A DNA stretch of 64,000 nucleotides, from positions 9,606 to 73,605 of the IMG/VR virus record IMGVR_UViG_3300008050_000036. One strand, given 5' to 3'. This DNA is from a virus. Each line of letters opens with the position of its first letter. Position 1 is the first letter of the stretch. Made by a program: the position numbers and the translations under genes. Positions 48,182 through 56,716 of the stretch are shown here, one piece after another. The notes under the pieces were generated by a model. The model ran no database searches, had not been told where the DNA came from, and was given only the letters and a program-made list of their open reading frames with translations.

Positions 48182-49081
48182 CTACTGTTGTGTTGCTGCT
48201 AACATTTGTTGTGTTGCATCAACCGGAACCACGCCTGACATTTTTTGTTGTTGTTGCATCTGTTCCATTTGTAAAGCCCTCAAATCAAAAGTGATTGTCA
48301 CTAAATCAGCCACCCCTGATACGGGGTTCGGGTGTTGCGTGAGGGTCACACCCTTTGAGTATTGTGCGTCTTGTTGCACCATTTTGAAAAATTGTTCATA
48401 TTTCGCTAAAGACTCAGGGGTTGAACGATTGCGTTTTTGACTTTTTATCATTCCGGGTATTTTCAAAAAGCGTGTTCCTTTAGATACGGGGCGGCTAAAT
48501 CCTTCAGAAGCCAATTCCTGTTCTTCTATAACTACGCGTAAAGTGTGGTAAATGTGTAAATGTGCCGGACAAAGTGTGCTATTCATTTCATCCCCAAAAT
48601 CCCCATGTGTGCGGGCGTGTGGTTTTTTGGCGTTCCCTGTTTCTGCATCAAACCAGTATATATCGCTTAAAGATAAGCCAGTGCGTTCATCACTAATATG
48701 AGAGTAAGCATTGTCGCCTTCTAAAAATCGGCGCACATCAACGCCACAACACGCACATTCATGGGCGGCATTGTAGCGATATACTTTGAAAAAGCCCAAA
48801 TTGAGGTTAGGTGGCCGTAAAACCTTTCTTAGAATCTTTATATTCTTTCTTCGGGCTTTAGCAGGGTTTTTGATGTTGGTTTTTAACTTAACTTCAACAG
48901 TGGGTATCATTTCTTCTTCCCCACTTACAATTCCCGTTGAGCCAGCCGAAGCCATTTCTGCCCTTTGTTGAGCCTTTAGCAATTCGTAGGCCACTCCTGT
49001 TTGTGTGGCTAAGACACGTAATTCATCATCGGTAGCACCCCGTAAGGATATGGCCCCGCCGCCCAAAAAATTAGGTATCAT
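48182..49081 (-). CDS. Zn-binding protein (CACC...CPAH) in the GTPase operon
   Basis: HECACCG...TLCPAHLH and a Gln-rich tail. GGGGAGAGG RBS. Confidence 0.75.
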   Translation of the reverse strand: MIPNFLGGGAISLRGATDDELRVLATQTGVAYELLKAQQRAEMASAGSTGIVSGEEEMIPTVEVKLKTNIKNPAKARRKNIKILRKVLRPPNLNLGFFKVYRYNAAHECACCGVDVRRFLEGDNAYSHISDERTGLSLSDIYWFDAETGNAKKPHARTHGDFGDEMNSTLCPAHLHIYHTLRVVIEEQELASEGFSRPVSKGTRFLKIPGMIKSQKRNRSTPESLAKYEQFFKMVQQDAQYSKGVTLTQHPNPVSGVADLVTITFDLRALQMEQMQQQQKMSGVVPVDATQQMLAATQQ

Positions 49082-49132
49082 GTCCTCTCCCCTATAATCC
49101 TGTCAAGGCTAACACTATGAAAAGACTTGCGG

Positions 49133-49858
49133 TTAAATCTTATCTATTGTATCTATTATTGCCCGTTCCACATTCAAACCATATTGGGCTGCAATAGCCT
49201 CAACATTGGTTGGTATGGCTGCCCTTCGTAGTCGCCGTAATTCATTTTGAAAGGGCAAAACCATTTTGTGTTGGCGTTTTAGCCCTAAATCCCACATATG
49301 TTGGGCTTCATTATCCCACCACAAATCCATTTTATTGATTAACAGACATACTACCTTTGGTTTGTATTTTTTGGCCTTACGGCGCATTTTACGACTAAAC
49401 GTGCTTGGGTATTTTTTACCCACTATAATATCCACCAAATACTGAAAACCGGCTACCATTTCAGCCGCCACATAGGGAGATTGTAATATGCGTTCATCAA
49501 TCACATAAAATATAACTTGGCGGTCTTGGTCTATTATATCTTCGGCCCACATGTTCCAGTATTGGGTTTGACCCCCAATATCTGTTGAAGTAATAGGGAT
49601 TCGCTCACCCTTCCACCGTATTTGTTTTTTAGAACCATGAGGCATTTTGAAAGCCCCATGCTTTACTGGGTGGCTGGTTCGCAATTGAAGGGGTATTGGG
49701 TCAATATCACCCGGAACAGTCATATATTGGTCTAAAGTAGTCTTACCTGCAAGACTTGAACCATAAATACCAACTCTATACGGGCGCAATATCCTATAAA
49801 TCAAATTGGCTACTTGGGCCGTTCCCATTAGTATATGACCCGCGAATAACCATGACAT
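49133..49858 (-). CDS. Small Ras-superfamily GTPase, Arf/Sar1-like
   Basis: G1 GSSLAGKTT, G2 RT, G3 DIGGQ followed by YWNMW, VIFYVID strand, G4 NKMD, G5-like IAAQYGLNV. Hydrophobic N-terminal helix. Confidence 0.85.
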   Translation of the reverse strand: MSWLFAGHILMGTAQVANLIYRILRPYRVGIYGSSLAGKTTLDQYMTVPGDIDPIPLQLRTSHPVKHGAFKMPHGSKKQIRWKGERIPITSTDIGGQTQYWNMWAEDIIDQDRQVIFYVIDERILQSPYVAAEMVAGFQYLVDIIVGKKYPSTFSRKMRRKAKKYKPKVVCLLINKMDLWWDNEAQHMWDLGLKRQHKMVLPFQNELRRLRRAAIPTNVEAIAAQYGLNVERAIIDTIDKI

Positions 49859-49864
49859 TCAATT

Positions 49865-50086
49865 TCACTTCCCCCTTAGCCAAGTCCATATACTTGTAGG
49901 GCTTATATCTAACCATAAATCCAATCCTAACTGAATAAAAAATGAAAGGCTAACACCACCCACAAACGCCAATACCACTTTAAGCGACCAAGCCGCCCTC
50001 TCCATGCGTCTATCATACGCATTTTCAGCAAGTATAGCCGACATTGCTTCTGCTTGCCTTTCCTGAGCAGTATTAAACGGCCACAC
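49865..50086 (-). CDS. Small single-TM membrane protein
   Basis: VVLAFVGGVSLSFFIQLGL. AGGTGG RBS. Confidence 0.7.
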   Translation of the reverse strand: MWPFNTAQERQAEAMSAILAENAYDRRMERAAWSLKVVLAFVGGVSLSFFIQLGLDLWLDISPTSIWTWLRGK

Positions 50087-50098
50087 GATAAAGCCACC

Positions 50099-50578
50099 TT
50101 AAACCTGTATAAGAGGGATTTCTTCATTAGGGGCTTCGGGTGAATCATCTTGAAAGGATGGTTGGGTTATAGGTAGGCCGAAAGTCTGCCCGTTGCCTGT
50201 CATTGGTTGTTGTTGATAATACTTCATTTGGCCCATTTGACTTTTGCGGGCGCGGCGTTCTTGGAGGCGTTCTTGGCCTCTTTGCCACTTATCGAAGCGG
50301 GCTTCTTGAGAGAACTCGGCTCGCATAGCCAAAGAATCACGAATACCTCCTACATGAAATAGCACCATAGCCACGCATAAGAAACCAAAAGTCACTAATC
50401 CGTATTGTAATCCCATTTCGGCGGCACTTGCAGAAGGCAAATACCAATTCATATGTGATACCGATACCGCCACACCAGTTAAAAGTGATTGCCAAAGCAG
50501 CATAGCAATTAAGTTAATATCAATTCTGTTTTCATCCATTTTGGGGTAGGTCATTTGTCTTTGTGGTGCTTGCATCAT
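50099..50578 (-). CDS. Two-TM membrane protein with cytoplasmic coiled coil
   Basis: LIAMLLWQSLLTGVAVSV and YGLVTFGFLCVAMVLF, then QEARFDKWQRGQERLQERRAR. GGAGG RBS. Confidence 0.8.
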   Translation of the reverse strand: MMQAPQRQMTYPKMDENRIDINLIAMLLWQSLLTGVAVSVSHMNWYLPSASAAEMGLQYGLVTFGFLCVAMVLFHVGGIRDSLAMRAEFSQEARFDKWQRGQERLQERRARKSQMGQMKYYQQQPMTGNGQTFGLPITQPSFQDDSPEAPNEEIPLIQV

Positions 50579-50580
50579 GT

Positions 50581-50715
50581 TTAATCCTCCGGTTGGTTAT
50601 TAAAATACTCTTTTAGGACATGAGATACAAAAGAAGATTTGCTCTCACGACCCCTTGCGGCTTCTAATTTGGCGAAAATATCATCGGACACAATCACCGA
50701 TACATGGCGGCTCAT
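50581..50715 (-). CDS. Ribbon-helix-helix (CopG/Arc-like) DNA-binding protein (44 aa; not in ORF track)
   Basis: Hand translation MSRHVSVIVSDDIFAKLEAARGRESKSSFVSHVLKEYFNNQPED: alternating beta strand, helix, G-x-x-S turn, helix. Confidence 0.75.
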   Translation of the reverse strand: MSRHVSVIVSDDIFAKLEAARGRESKSSFVSHVLKEYFNNQPED

Positions 50716-50726
50716 GGTAAATTGGG

Positions 50727-50739
50727 AGGGTTGTCAGCC
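50727..50739 (+). promoter_or_regulatory. 13-bp motif AGGGTTGTCAGCC upstream of a plus-strand gene (copy 1)
   Basis: Identical to 54256..54268. Ends 45 nt before ATG 50784, upstream of a TTTATG TATA-like box. Confidence 0.55.
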
Positions 50740-50783
50740 TTATGAGGGTTATGATTATTTATGGTGTTATAGTGCGACTTTAC

Positions 50784-51308
50784 ATGGCGGGTCCTAATCT
50801 CACCGAAGCGGTAATGGCTATGCGCTCGTTTCATGCAGCAAAAAACGCTTCACCCGCTAACCCTAATTTGGTGTCGTCATGGGTTCAGCGTCAAACAAAT
50901 GCTGACATTGCACCTAATTTCTCACACAATGCCGCTATTGCACTACTACACTACTACCAGCACCCACTATATGGTAATTCCAGTAATTTACCATCAACGG
51001 CTCAAGGGTGGCTACCTTTAATGCAACCCGCCGAAAACATACTATCTAATGAAGAATCGTGGATAGATACCCAAATTACGGCTAATATCAATACAATGCT
51101 AACCCGTATTTTCACTACTGATGATATGTGGCTTCACCAATGGGGTGCAATAAACAACTTCCCGCCTGATACTCCTTTGGCTTTCATAATCAATTTTTTA
51201 ATTAACCGCTTGATGAATTGTGAGGGTGCTAATGGGCCAAGTGGTGCAGGGGGAATATCTTTCACCGAACATATATTACCATCAGGTGATGATAACTCCC
51301 TACCTTAA
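50784..51308 (+). CDS. Hypothetical protein (one of two plus-strand genes)
   Basis: Start re-assigned to MAGPNL at 50784. Converges on 51305..52513 with overlapping TTAA stops. Confidence 0.75.
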   Translation: MAGPNLTEAVMAMRSFHAAKNASPANPNLVSSWVQRQTNADIAPNFSHNAAIALLHYYQHPLYGNSSNLPSTAQGWLPLMQPAENILSNEESWIDTQITANINTMLTRIFTTDDMWLHQWGAINNFPPDTPLAFIINFLINRLMNCEGANGPSGAGGISFTEHILPSGDDNSLP

Positions 51309-52513
51309 AATCCTTCATCAACCTTTCGTGGTTGTAATGATTTGGCTCTATTTACGATAGAAACAGATGGATTTATTTGAGGTCCAGTGTAAAAGGCATT
51401 ACCTTGAGGGTCATATCTCAATTGCCCACCCCCCCTTAACTCCATTGTAGCACCTTTCTTTGAACCAATATGAGGGAAAAAGGAACTCATATTACTTTTG
51501 CGTTGCTTTTTCCCTTCAAAACAAGAGGGACAGTTATTTTCTTCACAACTATCATCTTTCACCGAAGGGTCTGATGCAGGACAAGCAAATATGTTAGGCC
51601 CCGCTGCCCCAACACCAGTAGCAGATATTTGGGGGTGTTCTTCAACCATCTCACGGAGATAGCGGGGTATAGTAGGCAAACCTAATGTTCGGTTCATATC
51701 ATCATCCATACTTTGCCCAATCCACGGCAAACTTGCACTAACTTCCATATTTTCGGGTATTGCATCATCCCATCCTCTTGCATCAACCACATTTCTTAAT
51801 GCCCTATGTTCAGCAGTAGGCATCCATGATTGTGTTTTTAGTGGGTGTTCGTTAAGAATGTTGCGGGCTATATCAAAATCCATAGCAATATGTTCTTCCC
51901 CTTGTTTTTCTCCCGCATCACTATGTCTAAAATAAGGCGTTCCGTAATCCCATGTTTTGTGAGGTAATGTAGAGGCCATAGCAGAAGCATACTTTAATTG
52001 TTCTTCATGTCCTTCATTCATCAATAACGCTACGGCGTTGCGCCATAAGGCTTTATTTTTTGAATTATACTTAAAATTAGGAGTGTTGTCATTATAACAT
52101 ATATTACAAGTAGCACCTTTTTTGTCCCTATAACAACCACCCATATTACATAAAGCGTTAGGTAGGCCGTGTGTTGCACCATACATTTTATCCGTAAATC
52201 CATATCCTCCCGTTTTGGCGTTTAATCCTGTCATTATGTTAGCCGACATTCTGTTCTTAGGGCCTGAAGGCCATTTCGGGATTTGGGTTATTTCTTCGAC
52301 AGGCCAATGAACTTGTAAGTCTTTTAGCCAATCATCAATTTCCTCCTTACCTTCATTTGTTTTAGTCCAATTTTTAATTTGGCCCCCTGCCCCTACTTTT
52401 GTTGTGCCTCCTAAAGCCACGGGGTCCCACCAACCCACTTTCCCCGGTTGCCCTAATGGATAATCAAGCCCTTTAACAAGAGCCTTAGCAAGAATCTCTA
52501 CACCCAAAAACAT
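51305..52513 (-). CDS. Gp88-like Cys-rich protein (divergent)
   Basis: HGLPNALC...CNICY...YFRHSDAGE...SWMPTAE...IPENMEVSAS...FACPAS...CEENNCPSCF follows the phage gene-product-88 motif order, recalled from family knowledge. Confidence 0.6.
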   Translation of the reverse strand: MFLGVEILAKALVKGLDYPLGQPGKVGWWDPVALGGTTKVGAGGQIKNWTKTNEGKEEIDDWLKDLQVHWPVEEITQIPKWPSGPKNRMSANIMTGLNAKTGGYGFTDKMYGATHGLPNALCNMGGCYRDKKGATCNICYNDNTPNFKYNSKNKALWRNAVALLMNEGHEEQLKYASAMASTLPHKTWDYGTPYFRHSDAGEKQGEEHIAMDFDIARNILNEHPLKTQSWMPTAEHRALRNVVDARGWDDAIPENMEVSASLPWIGQSMDDDMNRTLGLPTIPRYLREMVEEHPQISATGVGAAGPNIFACPASDPSVKDDSCEENNCPSCFEGKKQRKSNMSSFFPHIGSKKGATMELRGGGQLRYDPQGNAFYTGPQINPSVSIVNRAKSLQPRKVDEGF

Positions 52514-52520
52514 AATTATT

Positions 52521-54155
52521 TCACCTGTTCCTGTTAAAATGCCCTAAAACGGCATCAGCCATTGCCCTTGCTACTAAGGGATTAACGGCATTTCCTATTC
52601 CTCGTTGTGATTGCGCTGCGGTTGTATCGCCTAACTTATAATTCATCGGGAAGTTCCCCAAAGCCAAAACATCTTTTTGACTCAATGGCCCTACTCCTAA
52701 ATGTCCGGGTATATTACTACTGGTTAATGACGACATATGGGTATCTATTGGTTTAGTGCCATGCCATGAATACCCCTTCTTTTCAGAAGTCCACGGCGAG
52801 GGTGTATGCCCGCCACCCCTACCGGGAAATGGTGTGCCATGATGTGTTATATGAGGTTCTGTTAATAATTTTGTGGCAATTTTTGGGTCAATTACTCCAT
52901 TAGCGAGCAAACCTAAAATATAATCAGATTTACTTTCAAAATTATCGTGTTCTTCTTCCTCCATATGGGGCAAAAAGTCTTTTACTGTGTTCCAATTTGA
53001 CCTAAACTTTTGTCCGGGTGCTTCATCAAATGGTCTTTCAATGTCAATAAGTTGGTCTAATCCATAAAATCTATTACGTTGTTGTGCGCTGCCAAAATCA
53101 GCAGCATAAGTAGGCTTGCTTCTTTCTACCATCCGTTTAACCCATGCGGGAGGTTGCTTCCATTTTTGCCGACCTGATGCTAAAATGGGTTCTTTGATAT
53201 TGGGGGTTTGTTCAAAGGCTGATACAAATTGGTTTTTACCTAATTTACGGCGGAGTTCATTCGCAAGGTCAAAGGTATAATTCTGTAATAACATGGTTTG
53301 AGCATGGTCTTTTTCTCCCGGCCTTGCATTACTACTATTGATACATGGTGCTGATTGAGATAAAAATACTGGCCTACCGTCTGCATGGTCTATCATGCGC
53401 CCTGCCAATTCTTTATGTCCTAATTCGCCCTCTCCCTCGCCCAATGTCGCTTCAATTAACTCATGGTCGGGAAAATTGGCTCTAAATCGTTCTGCGGCGA
53501 TTGGGTCATTTTCAACACCAATGCCCGGTTCTAAGCCACTCATCTCTAATCCAACATCAGTGCCACCCCACCCTGAAAATGTAGTATTGCCTACTACATT
53601 ATGGGGGTTTTTTTGTTTTTTGGGGCGGTTCATAAGGTTATGATAAGCAGAATATATTTCAGGGTCTAAATAATCTCGCCCCTTGAGTAAAGTGTCCCAT
53701 GCTATTTCAAACGCATCTTCTGAGGCATAAAAGCCCATTTCACGTGCTTCTTTACCCTCCAATCCGGCAAACTTGCATTTATCCCATTGGTCCAATACTT
53801 GGCGAGCATAAAAATGAAACTCCGTTGGTGGTAATTCAGGCTTACGGCTTGTGACATTATTTTGATAGAACGGGCCGGGTATATCACCTGCAAAATCACG
53901 CAAAGCCGCTTCCAATTCTTCACAACTCATTGCATCATAGCCTTCTATAATTTTTGATTCATAGCCACGGGGTTGAATATCTGATTGCGCCAAGAGATTA
54001 TACCACATTTCCCTTGCTTTACCACAACATGGGTCATTCCCCATGTCTATCTGCTCAAAATCAGGGATAGTATCTTCATCGGGTAATAGAATATCATTAA
54101 CCCGTTCCCGCAAATTACGTGGTTCAATGGCGGAAGCCTCTAAATCACCTACCAT
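52521..54155 (-). CDS. Two-module protein: Cys-containing helical domain, tag linker, C5-cytosine DNA methyltransferase
   Basis: Motif I FSGWGG, II VENDP, IV SAPC, VI FEQTP (ENV variant), VIII AADFGSAQQRNRFY, X IGNAVNP. Preceded by ASEDAFEIAWDTLLKG. Confidence 0.8.
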   Translation of the reverse strand: MVGDLEASAIEPRNLRERVNDILLPDEDTIPDFEQIDMGNDPCCGKAREMWYNLLAQSDIQPRGYESKIIEGYDAMSCEELEAALRDFAGDIPGPFYQNNVTSRKPELPPTEFHFYARQVLDQWDKCKFAGLEGKEAREMGFYASEDAFEIAWDTLLKGRDYLDPEIYSAYHNLMNRPKKQKNPHNVVGNTTFSGWGGTDVGLEMSGLEPGIGVENDPIAAERFRANFPDHELIEATLGEGEGELGHKELAGRMIDHADGRPVFLSQSAPCINSSNARPGEKDHAQTMLLQNYTFDLANELRRKLGKNQFVSAFEQTPNIKEPILASGRQKWKQPPAWVKRMVERSKPTYAADFGSAQQRNRFYGLDQLIDIERPFDEAPGQKFRSNWNTVKDFLPHMEEEEHDNFESKSDYILGLLANGVIDPKIATKLLTEPHITHHGTPFPGRGGGHTPSPWTSEKKGYSWHGTKPIDTHMSSLTSSNIPGHLGVGPLSQKDVLALGNFPMNYKLGDTTAAQSQRGIGNAVNPLVARAMADAVLGHFNRNR

Positions 54156-54255
54156 ATAATCAATCCCTAAAGGTTTGCTTTCAAAAACATTTAGGTTATT
54201 TTAACCAAAAACAATAGTATTGGACCCATAATGTTCAATCCTCAAAGGGTATGTT

Positions 54256-54268
54256 AGGGTTGTCAGCC
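54256..54268 (+). promoter_or_regulatory. 13-bp motif AGGGTTGTCAGCC upstream of the thermosome (copy 2)
   Basis: Identical to 50727..50739. Ends 40-43 nt before ATGs 54308/54311, upstream of TTGATAGG. Confidence 0.55.
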
Positions 54269-54307
54269 ATGCAAGCATTGATAGGCTATGCCGTTTTGCC
54301 CCCATCC

Positions 54308-55879
54308 ATGATGAACGGACCCAATGGACCCATTTTTATTTTGAAGGAAGGAACAGAAAGGAGTCAAGGCAGGAATGCTCAATTGAATAACATAGCAGCG
54401 GCAAGGGCTGTCGCAGATGCAGTAAGAAGCACTTTGGGTCCAAAAGGAATGGATAAAATGCTGGTTGATGAAGGCGGTGATGTGACTATTACTAATGATG
54501 GTGCTACTATCCTTCGTGAAATAGCCATCGACCACCCTGCGGCCAAGATGATTATTGAAGTAGCGCAAACCCAAGAGCAAGAATGCTATGACGGGACAAC
54601 CAGTGCGGTAATCCTTGCGGGTGAATTACTCAAGCGTTCTGAGGAATTGATAGACCAAAATGTTCATCCAACTACAATATGCAAGGGGTATCGTATGGCG
54701 GGCAAATACATACAAAAGTTATTACCCAATTATGAATTACAAGATGTGCCACTAATCAATATCGCCACTACTGCCCTTACTGGTAAATCGGCTGATTCGT
54801 TTAAGGACAATCTCGCAACCATTTGTGTTGAAGTAGTGGAGTTAATTGCAGATAACGGGAATGTTAATCTTGATAATATCAATATAGTGAAAGCGGTAGG
54901 TGGTTCAGGTGAAGATAGTCGCATAATTCATGGTTTGGTTATTGATAAAGACCCCGTTCATTCAGCCATGCCTCTTTTACTACAAGAAACAGAATATCAT
55001 ACAGTAGCCATTATCAATAGTGCGCTCGAAGTTAAACAAACAGAAATGGATGCCAATATCCAAATTACCGACCCAAACCAAATAGAAGCGTTCCTTGCTA
55101 AAGAAGAAGCCTATTTGAAGGGCATTGTGGCTAAAATCATTGAAAGTAAGGCACAAATACTCATCTGTCAGCGTGAAATAGACGATATGGTGAAACATTA
55201 CCTTGCTAAAGCGGGCATCATGGCTCTTGAAAAAGTAAAAACCTCAGACATAGAAAACCTTTCGATTGCTACTGGTGCAGACATTATTAGCAACCTTGAC
55301 GACTTATCCTATGATTCTTTGGGCTTTTGTGCTGAAATGGAGGTTAAGAGGGTTGGTGAACATAATATGACCTTTTTTACTAATCTTCACAAAGATGCCG
55401 TCACATTATTACTTCGGGGTGGCACTGTTCATTATGTTGAAGAAGTAGAACGGGCTTTTGACGATGCGGTAGGTGTTGTATCATTGGCATACAAAGACGG
55501 TGCAGTATTAACTGGTGGGGGTTCAATTCATACTGCTCTTTCACTTAAATTAGATAAATACGCAAAAAATATCACAGGGCGTGAACAAATGGCTATTGAG
55601 GCATTTGCTAAGGCACTTGAAGTAATCCCTCGCACTTTAGCAGAAAACGCTGGTCTTGACCCTGTGGATGAAATGATGCACCTCCGTCAAGCACACAGTC
55701 TTAAAGCGGGCAAACACATGGGTATTGAGATAGAAAATGGCGGCACATGGGATATGCGAATGGCAAATGTGTATGAGCCAAAGCGTGTTATTAGTCAAGC
55801 ATTAAAATCAGCAGTAGAAACGGCCATTATGGTTCTGCGTATTGATGATGTAATATCATCTAAGAAAAAGGGTCAATGA
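54308..55879 (+). CDS. ths: Group II chaperonin (thermosome subunit)
   Basis: [27 protein letters not shown] (GDGTT variant), [36 protein letters not shown]. Confidence 0.95.
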   Translation: MMNGPNGPIFILKEGTERSQGRNAQLNNIAAARAVADAVRSTLGPKGMDKMLVDEGGDVTITNDGATILREIAIDHPAAKMIIEVAQTQEQECYDGTTSAVILAGELLKRSEELIDQNVHPTTICKGYRMAGKYIQKLLPNYELQDVPLINIATTALTGKSADSFKDNLATICVEVVELIADNGNVNLDNINIVKAVGGSGEDSRIIHGLVIDKDPVHSAMPLLLQETEYHTVAIINSALEVKQTEMDANIQITDPNQIEAFLAKEEAYLKGIVAKIIESKAQILICQREIDDMVKHYLAKAGIMALEKVKTSDIENLSIATGADIISNLDDLSYDSLGFCAEMEVKRVGEHNMTFFTNLHKDAVTLLLRGGTVHYVEEVERAFDDAVGVVSLAYKDGAVLTGGGSIHTALSLKLDKYAKNITGREQMAIEAFAKALEVIPRTLAENAGLDPVDEMMHLRQAHSLKAGKHMGIEIENGGTWDMRMANVYEPKRVISQALKSAVETAIMVLRIDDVISSKKKGQ

Positions 55880-56716
55880 TTATTGTTGCCAATATGAACA
55901 TATTGCATGGTGGTCTGAAGCGGCCTTATGAACCCCTTGCTTACCCGGAGGCCCCCTTCTCTTTAATTGAGATGGAGTCATAGAACCCATAACCTCTTTG
56001 TGTGATATTTTCCACCCACAGGGGCAAGTGGCTACATATCCTCGGCTTAAATCATCACGGTCATGCCCAAAAACCCAAGCACCATCTTCTTTACGTAATA
56101 CATCAAACGCTTTATCAATAAGCCGCTTAATTTCACCATCAGGGGTTTGCCTAACATAAGGTTTATCAGACGCACTTTCAATAAGCCCCTCATTCACTAA
56201 TTTATTCCAGTAGTCAATTTTATCCCGTTCAACATTAGTGACATGGGCTGTTCCCCACTCAGAAACATCATCAATAAACTCTTGGAGGCGTTCTCTTGAT
56301 AGCCCTTGACCTCGCTTATCCGCAGCCATCGTAAAATTAGTAATGGCATTGTCATAATTTTCTTCGCCTTCTTGCTCTAATAAAATCGAGCGCATAACAC
56401 CACGGGCATCTCCTTCTTTTGATTCCCAAGCGGTATCATTTTCTGTCGTTGCACCTATCAAATCAGCAAGAATATCAGGATAACGGCCCCAATCAATTGA
56501 GGGTGGTTTATCCATAGACTCATCATCATATAAAGTCCACGTAGGGGCTTTACGCAATAAATTAAACGCTTTTTCAATCGGTTCACATTTACACTTCTTT
56601 TTTTTACAGGTCTTACACGGCCAATCTACTTCAATTGGCTTGGGTTTAGATGGTTTCCCCCAATCATCATCCGTAGGGAAAACCTTAAATATAGAGAGAT
56701 TTGGTTGCCGCATCAA
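55880..56716 (-). CDS. Three-module protein: Cys knuckle, GNAT-like acetyltransferase, Zn finger, separated by AFxxLRK tags
   Basis: IEKAFNLLRK (56549..56569) and IDKAFDVLRK (56090..56110) bracket ITNFTMAADKRGQGLS...IDYWNKL (GNAT motifs A/B). Confidence 0.65.
   Translation of the reverse strand: MMRQPNLSIFKVFPTDDDWGKPSKPKPIEVDWPCKTCKKKKCKCEPIEKAFNLLRKAPTWTLYDDESMDKPPSIDWGRYPDILADLIGATTENDTAWESKEGDARGVMRSILLEQEGEENYDNAITNFTMAADKRGQGLSRERLQEFIDDVSEWGTAHVTNVERDKIDYWNKLVNEGLIESASDKPYVRQTPDGEIKRLIDKAFDVLRKEDGAWVFGHDRDDLSRGYVATCPCGWKISHKEVMGSMTPSQLKRRGPPGKQGVHKAASDHHAICSYWQQ

Noticed and set aside
50701-50790. 10-bp direct repeat tacatggcgg flanking the divergent promoter
   Set aside because: Short, and both copies overlap coding starts. 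Could be chance; no sign of an insertion element.
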